Origin: Novosphingopyxis sp.
GTDB lineage: Bacteria > Pseudomonadota > Alphaproteobacteria > Sphingomonadales > Sphingomonadaceae
Direction: 5' to 3'
Assembly: GCF_965218915.1 (NCBI RefSeq)
Contig: NZ_OZ244711.1
Location: 8,529 to 72,528 of the forward strand
DNA length: 64,000 nucleotides
Shown here one piece after another: positions 27,256 through 37,506 of this stretch (positions are counted from its first letter, which is position 1; each line of letters opens with the position of its first letter). Under the pieces are notes generated by a model. It was given only the letters and a program-made list of their open reading frames with translations. It did no database searches and was not told the origin of the DNA. The translations under genes and the position numbers were made by a program.

Positions 27256-29250
27256 ATGCTCGGCAAGCTGACCTGGTCCGCGATCCCGTTCGACCAGCCA
27301 CTGCCGCTGATCGCGGCCGGGGCGGTGGGGTTCGTGATCCTCTGCGTGATCGCCTGGATCGTGCTCAAGGGCCACCTGCCCTACCTGTGGCGCGAGTGGA
27401 TCACCAGCGTCGATCACAAGCGCATCGGCATCATGTACTGCGTGCTGGCGCTGGTCATGCTGCTCCGCGGCTTTTCGGACGCGATCATGATGCGGTCGCA
27501 GCAGGCGCTGGCCTACAACGCGCCCGGCTATCTGCCGCCAGAGCACTACGACCAAATCTTCTCTGCGCACGGCACGCTGATGATCTTCTTCGTGGCCATG
27601 TCGTTCGTCGTCGGCCTGATGAACTTCGTCGTCCCGCTGCAGCTCGGCGTGCGCGACGTGGCCTTTCCCACGCTCAACTCCGTCAGCTTCTGGCTCACCT
27701 GCGTCGGCGCGCTGCTGGTGAACATCTCGCTGATCGTGGGCGAGTTCGCGCGCACCGGCTGGCTGCCCTACCCGCCGCTGTCGGAGCTGAACTACTCGCC
27801 GGGCGTGGGGGTGGATTACTATCTCTGGGCGTTGCTGGTCTCGGGCGTCGGCACGCTGATGACCGGGATCAACCTGGTGACAACGATCCTGAAGATGCAC
27901 GCACCGGGCATGACCTATCTGCGGATGCCGATGTTCTGCTGGACCGCGCTGGCCTCGAACCTGCTGATCGTTGCCGCTTTTCCAATCCTGACGGCGACGC
28001 TGCTAATGCTGACGCTGGATCGTTACCTCGGCTTCCACTTTTTCACCAACGAGGGTGGGGGTAACGTGATGATGTTCATGAACCTCATCTGGGCTTGGGG
28101 CCATCCGGAGGTCTACATCCTGATCCTGCCGGCGTTCGGCGTGTTCTCCGAAGTGGTCTCGACCTTCTCCCAGAAGCCGCTGTTCGGCTACCGCTCGATG
28201 GTGATCGCGACCATGGTGATCTGCATCTTCGCCTTCATGGTGTGGCTGCACCACTTCTTCACCATGGGTGCCGGCGGCGACGTGAACGGCGTGTTCGGCA
28301 TCGCCACCATGATCATCGCGGTGCCGACCGGGGTGAAGGTGTTCAACTGGATGTTCACCATGTTTGGCGGCCGGGTGACGTTCTCGAGCCCGATGCTGTG
28401 GGCGCTGGGCTTCATGATCACGTTCGTGCTGGGCGGCATGACCGGCGTGCTGCTGGCGGTGCCGCCGGCGGACTTCGTTCTGCACAACTCGCTGTTCCTG
28501 GTCGCGCACTTCCACAACGTCATCATCGGCGGCGTGCTGTTCGGCTCCTTCGCGGGCTACATGTACTGGTTCCCCAAGGCCTTCGGCTTCCGCCTGCACG
28601 AGGGCCTGGGCAAGTGGTCGTTCTGGTGCTGGCTGGTCGGCTTCTACGTCGCCTTCATGCCGCTCTACGTGCTCGGCCTGATGGGCATGACCCGGCGCAT
28701 GCAGCACTACGACGTCGCGGCCTGGCGGCCCTGGCTGCTGGTCGCGGCGTTCGGCGTCGTCATCATCCTCGCCGGCATCGTCCTGATGTGCGCGCAACTG
28801 TTCGTCAGCATCCGCCGGCGCGACGAGCTGCGCGACTGGACCGGCGATCCCTGGGAGGGCCGTTCGCTGGAATGGGCGACGAGCTCGCCGCCGCCGGCCT
28901 ACAACTTCGCCGTCCTGCCCGAAGTCACCGGGGAGGACGCCTACTGGGGCATCAAGGAACGCGCCCGCGAGCAGGGCGATTTGACGGCCCGGCCCGACTA
29001 CGTGGACATCGAGATGCCGCGCAACAGCCCGACCGGCTTCGTCTGCGCCTTCTTCGCAGCGGGCTTCGGGTTCGCCATGGTCTGGCACATCTGGTGGATG
29101 GCGATCGCCACCCTGGCCTGCGCGGTCGCCACCTTCGTGGTGTTCGCCTGGCGCGACCGGAGCGAATACGTCATCCCCGCCGCCGAGGTCGAGCGCGGCG
29201 ACCGGCGCCGGCGCCAGGCGGCCCACGCGCGGCTGGAGCTCGCGCAGTGA
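27256..29250 (+). CDS. cyoB: cytochrome o ubiquinol oxidase subunit I
   Basis: 664 aa. Haem-copper oxidase signatures [17 protein letters not shown] and HHFFTMG...HFHNVIIGG. Confidence 0.95.
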   Translation: MLGKLTWSAIPFDQPLPLIAAGAVGFVILCVIAWIVLKGHLPYLWREWITSVDHKRIGIMYCVLALVMLLRGFSDAIMMRSQQALAYNAPGYLPPEHYDQIFSAHGTLMIFFVAMSFVVGLMNFVVPLQLGVRDVAFPTLNSVSFWLTCVGALLVNISLIVGEFARTGWLPYPPLSELNYSPGVGVDYYLWALLVSGVGTLMTGINLVTTILKMHAPGMTYLRMPMFCWTALASNLLIVAAFPILTATLLMLTLDRYLGFHFFTNEGGGNVMMFMNLIWAWGHPEVYILILPAFGVFSEVVSTFSQKPLFGYRSMVIATMVICIFAFMVWLHHFFTMGAGGDVNGVFGIATMIIAVPTGVKVFNWMFTMFGGRVTFSSPMLWALGFMITFVLGGMTGVLLAVPPADFVLHNSLFLVAHFHNVIIGGVLFGSFAGYMYWFPKAFGFRLHEGLGKWSFWCWLVGFYVAFMPLYVLGLMGMTRRMQHYDVAAWRPWLLVAAFGVVIILAGIVLMCAQLFVSIRRRDELRDWTGDPWEGRSLEWATSSPPPAYNFAVLPEVTGEDAYWGIKERAREQGDLTARPDYVDIEMPRNSPTGFVCAFFAAGFGFAMVWHIWWMAIATLACAVATFVVFAWRDRSEYVIPAAEVERGDRRRRQAAHARLELAQ

Positions 29251-29384
29251 CCCGGCTGAACCCTGGCGCCGCGCCGCGCCCGTTCCTCCTGCGCGGCCTG
29301 GGTAGGGCGCTGTTGGGGGTGGGTGCGGCCGTCGCGGCTTTGGTGGCGCTGCGCCCGGTCCAGGACCGGGCCACTGCGCCATAC

Positions 29385-30101
29385 ATGGACGACGCCCGAG
29401 CGCAGCCCGGTCCGCAACCGCTGCCCCGTAGCCGCGACCTGCCCGATCCACCGCTCAGAAGGCGGGCCGACCCATACCGGCTGGGCCACGCCAGCGATGA
29501 CCGGCAGCCGAGCACCGAGCACGGCGAGCGCGGACCGGCGTCCAAGCGGATCATCGTCGGCTACGGCTTTTGGGTGTTCTTGCTGTCGGACATCATCATG
29601 TTTGCGGCCTTCTTCGCGGCCTACGCCGTTCTGCACGGCCGCACCGCCGGCGGCCCCTCCGGACAGGACCTGTTCGACATCACCAGCGCGGCGCTCGAGA
29701 CCGGGTGCCTGCTGACCTCCACGCTGGCTTGCGGCCTAGCCATGGTGGGCCTGCACGCGCGCGACGCCCGCTGGTTCTACTTCGGCATGGCCGCGACCTT
29801 CGTGCTGGGGGCGGCCTTTTTAGCGCTCGAGCTGCGCGAGTTCTGGTCGATGATCGCCGCCGGCAACGGGCCGGCGCGCAGCGCCTTCCTGTCCTCGTTC
29901 TTCGCGCTGGTCGGTCTACATGGGGCGCACGTCTCCGCCGGGCTGCTCTGGCTGCTGACGATGGTGGCCCAGGTCTGGGTCAAGGGTCCCCGCGCCGACA
30001 TCCTGCGCCGGGTTCTGTGCTTCAGCCTGTTCTGGCATGCGCTCGACATCGTCTGGATCGGCCTGTTCACCGTCGTCTATTTGATGGGAGTGCAGGCATG
30101 A
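29385..30101 (+). CDS. cyoC: cytochrome o ubiquinol oxidase subunit III
   Basis: In-frame ATG at 29385 within ORF 28095-30101. C-terminal 190 aa (GFWVFLLSDIIMFAAFFAAYAVL...FWHALDIVWIGLFTVVYLMG) is typical of subunit III. The N-terminal extension and start are uncertain. Confidence 0.8.
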   Translation: MDDARAQPGPQPLPRSRDLPDPPLRRRADPYRLGHASDDRQPSTEHGERGPASKRIIVGYGFWVFLLSDIIMFAAFFAAYAVLHGRTAGGPSGQDLFDITSAALETGCLLTSTLACGLAMVGLHARDARWFYFGMAATFVLGAAFLALELREFWSMIAAGNGPARSAFLSSFFALVGLHGAHVSAGLLWLLTMVAQVWVKGPRADILRRVLCFSLFWHALDIVWIGLFTVVYLMGVQA

Positions 30102-30493
30102 GCGACGCCGAGACTGCCAACCATCGCCTGGACCAGGACCGGGCGCCCGGCGACCAGCGATCTGACCAGCCCGGAAAAGGCGCCCGCGGCTACCTGGTCG
30201 GCTACGGCCTGGCCGTCGTGCTGACCATCGTCTCCTTCGTGGTCGCGCGCACCACGCTGGTCTGGACGCCCAGCATCCCCATCGCGCTGTTCGCGCTGGC
30301 GATTGCGCAGATGGGCGTGCACCTGGTGTTCTTCCTTCACATCAGCACCGGCCCGGACAGCACCAACAACGTCATGGCCCTGGCCTTCGGCGTGCTGATC
30401 GTATTCCTGCTGATCGCCGGCTCGATCTGGATCATGGGACACCTCGACACCAACATGCCGAGCATGGACAAGGTCATGCAGATGCAGCGATGA
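30098..30493 (+). CDS. cyoD: cytochrome o ubiquinol oxidase subunit IV
   Basis: 131 aa. ATGA overlap with cyoC. Three TM helices (YLVGYGLAVVLTIVSFVV..., IAQMGVHLVFFLH...). Confidence 0.8.
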   Translation: MSDAETANHRLDQDRAPGDQRSDQPGKGARGYLVGYGLAVVLTIVSFVVARTTLVWTPSIPIALFALAIAQMGVHLVFFLHISTGPDSTNNVMALAFGVLIVFLLIAGSIWIMGHLDTNMPSMDKVMQMQR

Positions 30494-30550
30494 TCGGCGC
30501 CGCCGCGGTGCATTGCGCCGAACGCTTCAGCCAGCCCGGGATGCTTTGCC

Positions 30551-32710
30551 TTGGCGTATGAGATTAGCGTCGGACCCGCGCAGCTCACGATCCATATCGG
30601 CGAATGCGTGCTGATCACCGAGACCGATGGCCAGATCCGTCAACCGAGCGAGCGCGGCCTGTTCTACCGCGACACCCGCGTCATCAGCGAGTGGGAGATC
30701 ACGGTCGACGGCCGCCCCTGGCAGGCGCTGAGCGCCGCCGCCGTCGCGCACTACGCGGCACAGGTGGTGATGACCAACCCGGCCCTGCCCACCGACACGG
30801 CTGCGCTCCCCGCCGGCAGCATCAGCCTGACCATCGGCCGCATGCTCGGCCTGGGCGGGATGTGCGAGACGCTCACGATGCGAAATCACAACCGCACCGC
30901 GGTCCGCATCCTGCTCGCGGCGCGGATGCGGTGCGACTTCGCCGACATTTTCGACGTCAAGTCCCACCAAATCATCTCCCGCGGCGAGACCATCACGACC
31001 TGGTCCGCCGCAGAAGGCCGGTTGGATACCCTGCACACCAACGACGATTTCCGCCGCGGCGTCTCCGTGTCTCCGGCGCCACGCAGCCCGGTGCCTACTC
31101 TGCAGGACGGCGCACTCGGCTTCCTCGTGGAGCTCGCGCCGCAGGCTAGCTGGCAAGCGGAACTGCTCTATCGCCTGATTGACGGCACCAAGCTGCTGGA
31201 GGCCTCGTCGGACCGGTTCGCCGAACAAACGACTTCGGCACAGGCCCGCGCCTCCGACGCTTGGTGCGAGCAGGCCATGCAGCTGCGCAGCAGCTACGTG
31301 CCGATGCAGCTCCTGTTCGAGCAGTCGCTCGACGACCTGGCGGCGCTCCGCCTGCCCATCGAGGGCACCAATCTCGAGGCGTTCGTGCCGGCGGCCGGCA
31401 TTCCGTGGTTCGCAGCACTGTTCGGCCGCGACAGCCTGGTCACGGCGCTGCAGACCGTGCCGGTCTACCCTGATTTCGCCCGCGGCGCGCTGGAGGTGCT
31501 GGCGCGCTACCAAGCCGACGGGACGGACGACAACCGGGACATGCAGCCGGGCAAGATCCCGCACGAACTCCGCAACGGCGAACTCGCCGCACTCGGCCTG
31601 GTGCCGTACCGGCCGTACTACGGCACCGCCGATGCCACCCCGCTCTACCTGATCCTGCTGCACCAGACCTGGCGCTTCACCGGTGACGACGGGCTGATCC
31701 GCACGCATCTCGGCACCGCCGAGCGCTGCCTGCGCTGGATCGACGACTACGGCGACCTCGACGGCGATGGCTTTCAGGAATACCGGCGCCTCGCCCCGGA
31801 CGGGGCGGAGAACCAGGGCTGGAAAGATTCCGGCAACGGCGTGCTCGACGAGGCCGGCGACGACGTGCCGGCGCCCAAGGCGCTGTGCGAGCTGCAGGGC
31901 TACGTCTACGACGCCTGGCGCCGCATGGCCGAGGTGTTCGAAACGCTCGGCCAGGCCGAACGGGCGACGGCGCTGCGCGGCAAGGCGCAGGACCTGTTCG
32001 ACCACTTCAACGCCGTGTTCTGGGACGACGAGCAGCAATTCTACGCGCTCTGCCTCAACCCGGCGAAGCGGCCGGTGATGAGCATCAGCTCCAACCCGGG
32101 GCACCTGCTATGGTCCGGCATCGTGCCGCAGGATCGCGCCGCCGCCGTGGTGCGGCGGTTGATGGCAGACGACATGTGGAGCGGCTGGGGCGTGCGCACG
32201 CTGTCGGCCGCGCACCCGGCCTACAACCCGCACGACTACCAGCTCGGCGCCATCTGGCCGCACGACAACGGCCTGATCGCATTGGGCTTCAAGCGCTATG
32301 GCTTCCATGCTGAAGCGGCACGGATCGTCAAGGGCATGGTCGACGCCGGCAGCCGCTTCCTGCTGCACCGGTTGCCCGAGGTCTTCGCCGGCACCGGCCG
32401 CGACGACACGCCGTTTCCGGTCCAGTACCTCGGCGCCAACGTGCCCCAGGCCTGGGCGGCCGGCGCGATGTTCACCTTCGTCCGCGCTCTGCTCGGGGCC
32501 GGAGTGGACCTCTCCGACAACATTGTCTCGCTCGACCCGTTCCTGCCCGACTGGCTGCCGGACCTGCACATCGAGGGCCTGCACGTCGGCTGCCGCCGGG
32601 TCGACCTGCATGTCTGGCGCCAGGACGGCGAGACCCGCGCCTCGCTGTCCGGCGATCCGGCCGTCAAACTGGTGATTCGCTCCGTCGCGGATACCTCCCA
32701 GTCCCCCTGA
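30551..32710 (+). CDS. amylo-alpha-1,6-glucosidase / glycogen-debranching-enzyme-like (GDE_N_bis plus GDE_C) protein
   Basis: 719 aa with a TTG start. GLFYRDTRVIS N-domain and an (alpha/alpha)6 C-domain (PWFAALFGRDSLVTA...GKIPHELRNGE...GWKDS...AIWPHDNG). Confidence 0.8.
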   Translation: MAYEISVGPAQLTIHIGECVLITETDGQIRQPSERGLFYRDTRVISEWEITVDGRPWQALSAAAVAHYAAQVVMTNPALPTDTAALPAGSISLTIGRMLGLGGMCETLTMRNHNRTAVRILLAARMRCDFADIFDVKSHQIISRGETITTWSAAEGRLDTLHTNDDFRRGVSVSPAPRSPVPTLQDGALGFLVELAPQASWQAELLYRLIDGTKLLEASSDRFAEQTTSAQARASDAWCEQAMQLRSSYVPMQLLFEQSLDDLAALRLPIEGTNLEAFVPAAGIPWFAALFGRDSLVTALQTVPVYPDFARGALEVLARYQADGTDDNRDMQPGKIPHELRNGELAALGLVPYRPYYGTADATPLYLILLHQTWRFTGDDGLIRTHLGTAERCLRWIDDYGDLDGDGFQEYRRLAPDGAENQGWKDSGNGVLDEAGDDVPAPKALCELQGYVYDAWRRMAEVFETLGQAERATALRGKAQDLFDHFNAVFWDDEQQFYALCLNPAKRPVMSISSNPGHLLWSGIVPQDRAAAVVRRLMADDMWSGWGVRTLSAAHPAYNPHDYQLGAIWPHDNGLIALGFKRYGFHAEAARIVKGMVDAGSRFLLHRLPEVFAGTGRDDTPFPVQYLGANVPQAWAAGAMFTFVRALLGAGVDLSDNIVSLDPFLPDWLPDLHIEGLHVGCRRVDLHVWRQDGETRASLSGDPAVKLVIRSVADTSQSP

Positions 32711-32714
32711 CCAC

Positions 32715-33932
32715 TCAGCCCACGACCAGCGTCTTCGTCTTCGGCAGCTGATCGATTACCGCCCGCGGCAGGTGCAGGTGCGCCTCAATGAGTTCGGGCG
32801 GCAGCACCGCCATCCATTGCCGCAGCGAGACGTCCTCATACATCGGATAGCGGAACATCTCGAGGAAACGCAGCGTCTCGGTGCCGGTGTTCTCGATGTA
32901 GTGGCCCATCGCGAAGGGAGCATAGCCCACGTCGCCGGCCTGGAAGTCGAACGTCCGGGCATTCGACGAGGAACCGAACACCGTCATCCGGCCCTTGCCG
33001 CCGAGGTAATACTGCCACTCGTCCACAGTCGGGTGCCAGTGCAGCTCCCGCATCGCGCCGGGCTCGATCTCGACCAGGGCGGCCGTGGTCGTGGTCATGG
33101 CGAAGTTGCGCTGGTCCACGATCCGCACCGCGCCGCCCTTGAACGTCTTGGCTGGCATCGAATACAGGTTCTTGAAGGTGAACGGCTTGGGCGTCGATCC
33201 CTTCGGGTCAGAGGTCTGGTCTCGCGCGAGCGCCGGAGGCACCGGGGCCTCGAAGATGTAGAGCTCCTTCGGCACCTTGCCGAAGGCGTCGGCCGAGGTC
33301 TGGAAGTTCTTGGCCAATACCTCCCTCGGCGTGTGATTGAACCAGTCGCTGATCAGGAAGGTGTTGTCCTCGGAGAAGCCGCCGTCGTCGAACACCAGCA
33401 GGAACTCGCACCCGTCCGAACCGGTGCCCTGGATCGAGTGCGGCAGCCCGGACGGGAAGAACCACAGATCGCCCTCGGTCACGTCGTCGATGAAGTTGCG
33501 GCCCTCCTGGTCGACGATGGTGACGCGGGCGTCGCCCTTGAGCATGAGGGCCCACTCGGTCGCCTTGTGCCAGTGCAGCTCGCGAATCGCCCCGGCGTTC
33601 AGCCGCATGTTGACGCCGGCCATCTCCTTGGAAACCGGCAGCTCGCGCGTGGTGGTCTCGCGCGCCCAGCCGCCGTTCTCGAGCCGCATGTGGCTGTCGG
33701 CGAAGGCCCACTTCATGTTCGGCAGCCCGCCATGGTCGGTGCGCGGCGGCGCCAGGATGTCCGGATTTTGCCGCTCGACCGGCATGTTGCGGGGCCCGAC
33801 GACGTTCGAGCCCACCCCGGGGCCGGTCGGCTCGGGCGCCTGCGCGGCGGCGGCCCCGGCCGCGAGCAGGGCGGCGCCGCCGCCGAGCGTGGCCGAGATC
33901 ATCGATCTGCGAGATGCTTTTTCCATGTCCAA
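32715..33932 (-). CDS. oxdC: oxalate decarboxylase-family bicupin with a Tat-type signal
   Basis: RRSMISATLGGGAALLAAGAAAAQA leader. Both cupin cores closely resemble B. subtilis OxdC as I recall it (AIRELHWHKATEWALMLKGDARVT...FFPSGLPHSIQ; GAMRELHWHPTVDEWQYYLGGKGRMTVF...GYAPFAMGHYIEN). Confidence 0.85.
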   Translation of the reverse strand: MDMEKASRRSMISATLGGGAALLAAGAAAAQAPEPTGPGVGSNVVGPRNMPVERQNPDILAPPRTDHGGLPNMKWAFADSHMRLENGGWARETTTRELPVSKEMAGVNMRLNAGAIRELHWHKATEWALMLKGDARVTIVDQEGRNFIDDVTEGDLWFFPSGLPHSIQGTGSDGCEFLLVFDDGGFSEDNTFLISDWFNHTPREVLAKNFQTSADAFGKVPKELYIFEAPVPPALARDQTSDPKGSTPKPFTFKNLYSMPAKTFKGGAVRIVDQRNFAMTTTTAALVEIEPGAMRELHWHPTVDEWQYYLGGKGRMTVFGSSSNARTFDFQAGDVGYAPFAMGHYIENTGTETLRFLEMFRYPMYEDVSLRQWMAVLPPELIEAHLHLPRAVIDQLPKTKTLVVG

Positions 33933-33950
33933 ACTCCTGCCTATCGGGAA

Positions 33951-35150
33951 TCAGAATTGCAGCTGGCCGCGCACGGCGACCGCGTCGAATCCGCGTGGGG
34001 CGGACCCTCCATCGACGGTGGCGTGCTCGTATTGCAGTCCGAAGCGCAGAGCCTCGACTGGCCGCCAATTGACGATCGCCGACCAGATCCGCTCCTGCCC
34101 GCCGCGCACGTCCGCACTGTTGAGGTCCAGCGTCGAGTAGCGGGCGCCGACCTCCACCGAACCGAACTGCCCATTGCGCGGATCGAACCGTTCCGAGGGC
34201 TTCGGCGCGCCCCAGGCGCCATCGGCCGGCTTCCACTCGCGCGGCGTGCCGAGCACGGTGTAGGCCGCCTGCGCATACCAGCCGCTGAACGACAGCGTGC
34301 CGCCGCCCGCATCTTCGCGCCGGTTCAGCAGGATCGAATACCACTCGGCCTGCATCCAGAGCCGGCCGGTCGCGAACCCCACCTCCGGCCCGACCGAGCC
34401 GATGCTCCTGGCCCGGATTGACCCGGTCGAGAGCGGCGCCTTCACGTCGTCGATTTGCAGTTCCTGCTGCTCGGACAGCGAGTAGGCCGGAAGCGCACCC
34501 GCGGCGCGTGCCGGGCGGAACGCGTATTCGCCGGATGCGCCGAGGTGGACCAGAAACGCATCCGTCTTCCACGGCAACCCCGCCGCTCGGACGACGACCG
34601 CGCGCTGGTCGCCGTCCCGGCCCGGCCCGGCCCGGCCCGCTGTCAGCGCCGTCGCCACGTGGTAGCGCTTGCCCGAGGCCTGCACCTGCACCGCCTCGCG
34701 CTCGATCCCGGCGGCGATGCCGCGTGTCAGCGTGGAGACGCCGGCCCGTTCCAGGAATAGCGTGTCGCCAGCGCCCTGCATCGATTCCAGCCCGAAGCTC
34801 GGCTTGAACACGCCCACCGTGAAGGCGAAAGGCTTTAGGCCGGCATAGGTGACCTGTGCCTCGAACAGCTGCTGCTTGCCGCCCGGCGTCGATCCGAAGT
34901 CCCAAATCAGCCCGGCCTCGAGCTGGTCGGTGACCTTCAGCTTGGCTCCGGTACGCAGCCGCCGCGCATTAAACCCGGCAGCTTGCCCGCCCGGCCGGCT
35001 CTGGTCGAAGCCGCCCTCATCGAGCTGGTATAGGCCGTATGGGCTCAGGGCTACGCCGTCCCCGAGATTGACCGACAGGTCCGCCGCATGACCCGGCCCT
35101 GCCGAGGCCAGCAAGACGCCGGAGAGGAGCAGCGGGCGAGCGGCGCGCAT
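33951..35150 (-). CDS. OprO/OprP-type (anion-selective) porin
   Basis: 399 aa. Signal peptide ending HAADL, alternating beta-strand pattern, and a C-terminal aromatic residue (..VRGQLQF). Confidence 0.65.
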   Translation of the reverse strand: MRAARPLLLSGVLLASAGPGHAADLSVNLGDGVALSPYGLYQLDEGGFDQSRPGGQAAGFNARRLRTGAKLKVTDQLEAGLIWDFGSTPGGKQQLFEAQVTYAGLKPFAFTVGVFKPSFGLESMQGAGDTLFLERAGVSTLTRGIAAGIEREAVQVQASGKRYHVATALTAGRAGPGRDGDQRAVVVRAAGLPWKTDAFLVHLGASGEYAFRPARAAGALPAYSLSEQQELQIDDVKAPLSTGSIRARSIGSVGPEVGFATGRLWMQAEWYSILLNRREDAGGGTLSFSGWYAQAAYTVLGTPREWKPADGAWGAPKPSERFDPRNGQFGSVEVGARYSTLDLNSADVRGGQERIWSAIVNWRPVEALRFGLQYEHATVDGGSAPRGFDAVAVRGQLQF

Positions 35151-35154
35151 CCGC

Positions 35155-37437
35155 CTAATCCTGCCTGATCCGCACCGGCACGCCCTTGGACGCCGGCGTC
35201 TTGGACTCCCGGTCGTGGTACCAAAGCGGGATCAGCACGTTCATCTCCGGGTAGTAGCCGCCGAGGCAGCCGTCCGGCAGGTCGAACGGGGTCACCGCCA
35301 GGCCGGCCAGCTCGCGGTGCGCATCGTCGCCAGCGTCGCCCACCAGGCTGACCTGCTGGCCCTCCCGCAGGCCTTCGCGCCGCATGTCGTCCGGGTTGAT
35401 TAGCAGCACCATGCGCGAGCCCTCGATGCCGCGCAGCCGATCGTCGTGGCCGTAGATCGTCGTGTTGAACTGGTCGTTGGACCGCATGGTGATCAGATGG
35501 AACCGCCCCGGCGCGTCCCCCACGCCCAACGCGCTCAGCGTATCGGGCACGCTGAACTCGGCTCGCCCGCTCTCGGTCTTCCAGATGCGCTCGTGCGCCG
35601 CGTTGCCGCGGTAGAACCCGCCGGGCTGGAACATGCGCGCGCTGTAGTCGTGGAACTCCTCGGGGTAGGTCTGGGCGACCAGGTCGCGGACCACGGCGTA
35701 ATCGCCGGTCCAGCGGTCCCACTCCCATTTCGGGTGCGCCGGCAGCGTCGCCTTGGCCATGCCGGCCACGATCGCGAGCTCCGACAGCAGGTCCGGCGAG
35801 GCCGGCTTACGCTTGCCGATCGAGCCGTAGATGTGGCTGAAGCTGTCCTCGATGCTGACCGCCTGGCGCCCGCCGTCCTGCATGTCCTCCTCCGAACGTG
35901 CGAGGCACGGCAGCAGGTAGCCGGCGCGGCCCGGGAACAGGTGGCTGCGGTTCAGCTTGATGGCGATCGAGACGGTGAGCGCCAGCCCGGTCCAGGCACG
36001 CTCCATCGCGTCGCGGTCGGGGATCGCGCGGACGAAGTTGCCACCCAGGCCGATGAAGGCCTGCACGGAACCGTCGATCACGCCCTGGCAGGCGTCCACC
36101 GTGGTGAGGCCGTAGTCGCGCGGCGGCTGGAATTCGAACAGCTCGGCGAGCTTGTCCAGCGGAACCAGGTCGGGCTTTTCGGAGATGCCCACGGTGCGCT
36201 GACCCTGCACGTTGGAATGCCCGCGCACCGGCGAGATGCCGGCGCCCTGGCGGCCGATATTGCCGCGCAGCAGCAGTAGATTGACCAGCATGGCGATGCT
36301 CTGGGTGCCGTGCACGTGCTGGGTCAGGCCCATGCCGTAGACCCCGATCACTCGCTCGACCGCCACGTAGACCTCCGCCGCTTCTTGCAGTTCGGCGCGC
36401 CCGAGGCCGCAGACGCGCTCGATCTCCTCCCAGTCGGCGGCCTCCGCGGCGGCGATGAAAGCGTCGATCCCCTGCGTGTGCTGCTCGATGAACAGGCGGT
36501 CGAGCACGCCGGGCTGGCCGGCCTCGCGGCGCTGCCGGTCGACGGCGAGCACGTGCTTGCACAGGCCCATCAGAGCCGCGATATCTCCGCCGGGCCGGAC
36601 CTGCAGATACATGTGCGACAGGTCGGTCGCGTGCCCGGTCAGCATTTCCAGCGGGCTCTGCGGGTTGACGAACTTCTCCAGGCCCCGCTCGCGCACCGGA
36701 TTGAAGGTGATGATCTTGCAGCCGCGCCGCACCGCCTGCTGCAACGGATGCAGGAACCTCGGGCTGTTGGTGCCCGGGTTCTGGCCGAAGTAGAAGATGG
36801 CGTCGCAGTGCTCGAAATCCTCGAGCTGGCAGGTCCCGACCGGCGAACCGATCACCTTCTTCAACCCCACCGATGTGGTCTCGTGACACATGTTGGAGCT
36901 GTCGGGCAGGTTGTTGTGGCCATACATGCGCGCGAACAGGGCGAACAGGTACGAGGTCTCCAGCGACGCCTTGCCCGACGCGTAGAAGACCGCTGATTTC
37001 GGATCGACCGCGCGCAGCCCGGCCCCGATGCCGACGAACGCCTCCTCCCACGCGCAGGGCACGTAGTGGTCGGTCGCCGGGTCGTAGCGCAGCGGCGCCG
37101 TCAGCCGGCCCTGCATCTCGAGATCGTAGTCGTCCCAGCCGCGCAGCTCGCTGACGCTGTGCTTGGCGAAGAACGCCGGCTCGCACCGGTCGCGCGTCAG
37201 CTCCCAGATGGTCGACTTGGCGCCGTTCTCGCAAAATTCGAAGATGTGAGGCTCGGCCGGCTTGCCCCAGGCGCAGGAGGTGCACATGAAGCCCTCCGGC
37301 TTGTTCTGCCGCGACAGCGTCTCGAGCACCGCCGGGCTGGCGAGCTCGCGCGCGAACACCTTCGCCATCCCCTTGACCGACCCCCACCCGCCGGTCGCCC
37401 CCTCGTAGCCTTTAGTGTCGGTCGCCTTGTCGTTCAC
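35155..37437 (-). CDS. FdhF/YdeP-family molybdopterin oxidoreductase
   Basis: 760 aa. N-terminus GGWGSVKGMAKVFARE...NKPEGFMCTSCAWGKP is characteristic of the YdeP subfamily. Molybdopterin-binding blocks follow. Confidence 0.9.
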   Translation of the reverse strand: MNDKATDTKGYEGATGGWGSVKGMAKVFARELASPAVLETLSRQNKPEGFMCTSCAWGKPAEPHIFEFCENGAKSTIWELTRDRCEPAFFAKHSVSELRGWDDYDLEMQGRLTAPLRYDPATDHYVPCAWEEAFVGIGAGLRAVDPKSAVFYASGKASLETSYLFALFARMYGHNNLPDSSNMCHETTSVGLKKVIGSPVGTCQLEDFEHCDAIFYFGQNPGTNSPRFLHPLQQAVRRGCKIITFNPVRERGLEKFVNPQSPLEMLTGHATDLSHMYLQVRPGGDIAALMGLCKHVLAVDRQRREAGQPGVLDRLFIEQHTQGIDAFIAAAEAADWEEIERVCGLGRAELQEAAEVYVAVERVIGVYGMGLTQHVHGTQSIAMLVNLLLLRGNIGRQGAGISPVRGHSNVQGQRTVGISEKPDLVPLDKLAELFEFQPPRDYGLTTVDACQGVIDGSVQAFIGLGGNFVRAIPDRDAMERAWTGLALTVSIAIKLNRSHLFPGRAGYLLPCLARSEEDMQDGGRQAVSIEDSFSHIYGSIGKRKPASPDLLSELAIVAGMAKATLPAHPKWEWDRWTGDYAVVRDLVAQTYPEEFHDYSARMFQPGGFYRGNAAHERIWKTESGRAEFSVPDTLSALGVGDAPGRFHLITMRSNDQFNTTIYGHDDRLRGIEGSRMVLLINPDDMRREGLREGQQVSLVGDAGDDAHRELAGLAVTPFDLPDGCLGGYYPEMNVLIPLWYHDRESKTPASKGVPVRIRQD

Positions 37438-37506
37438 GTCGTTCTCTCCGGCCGGTGCTGGGTCTCGATTAACGCGCAGTCCGCCACCAGGACCGACCGG
37501 GTTACC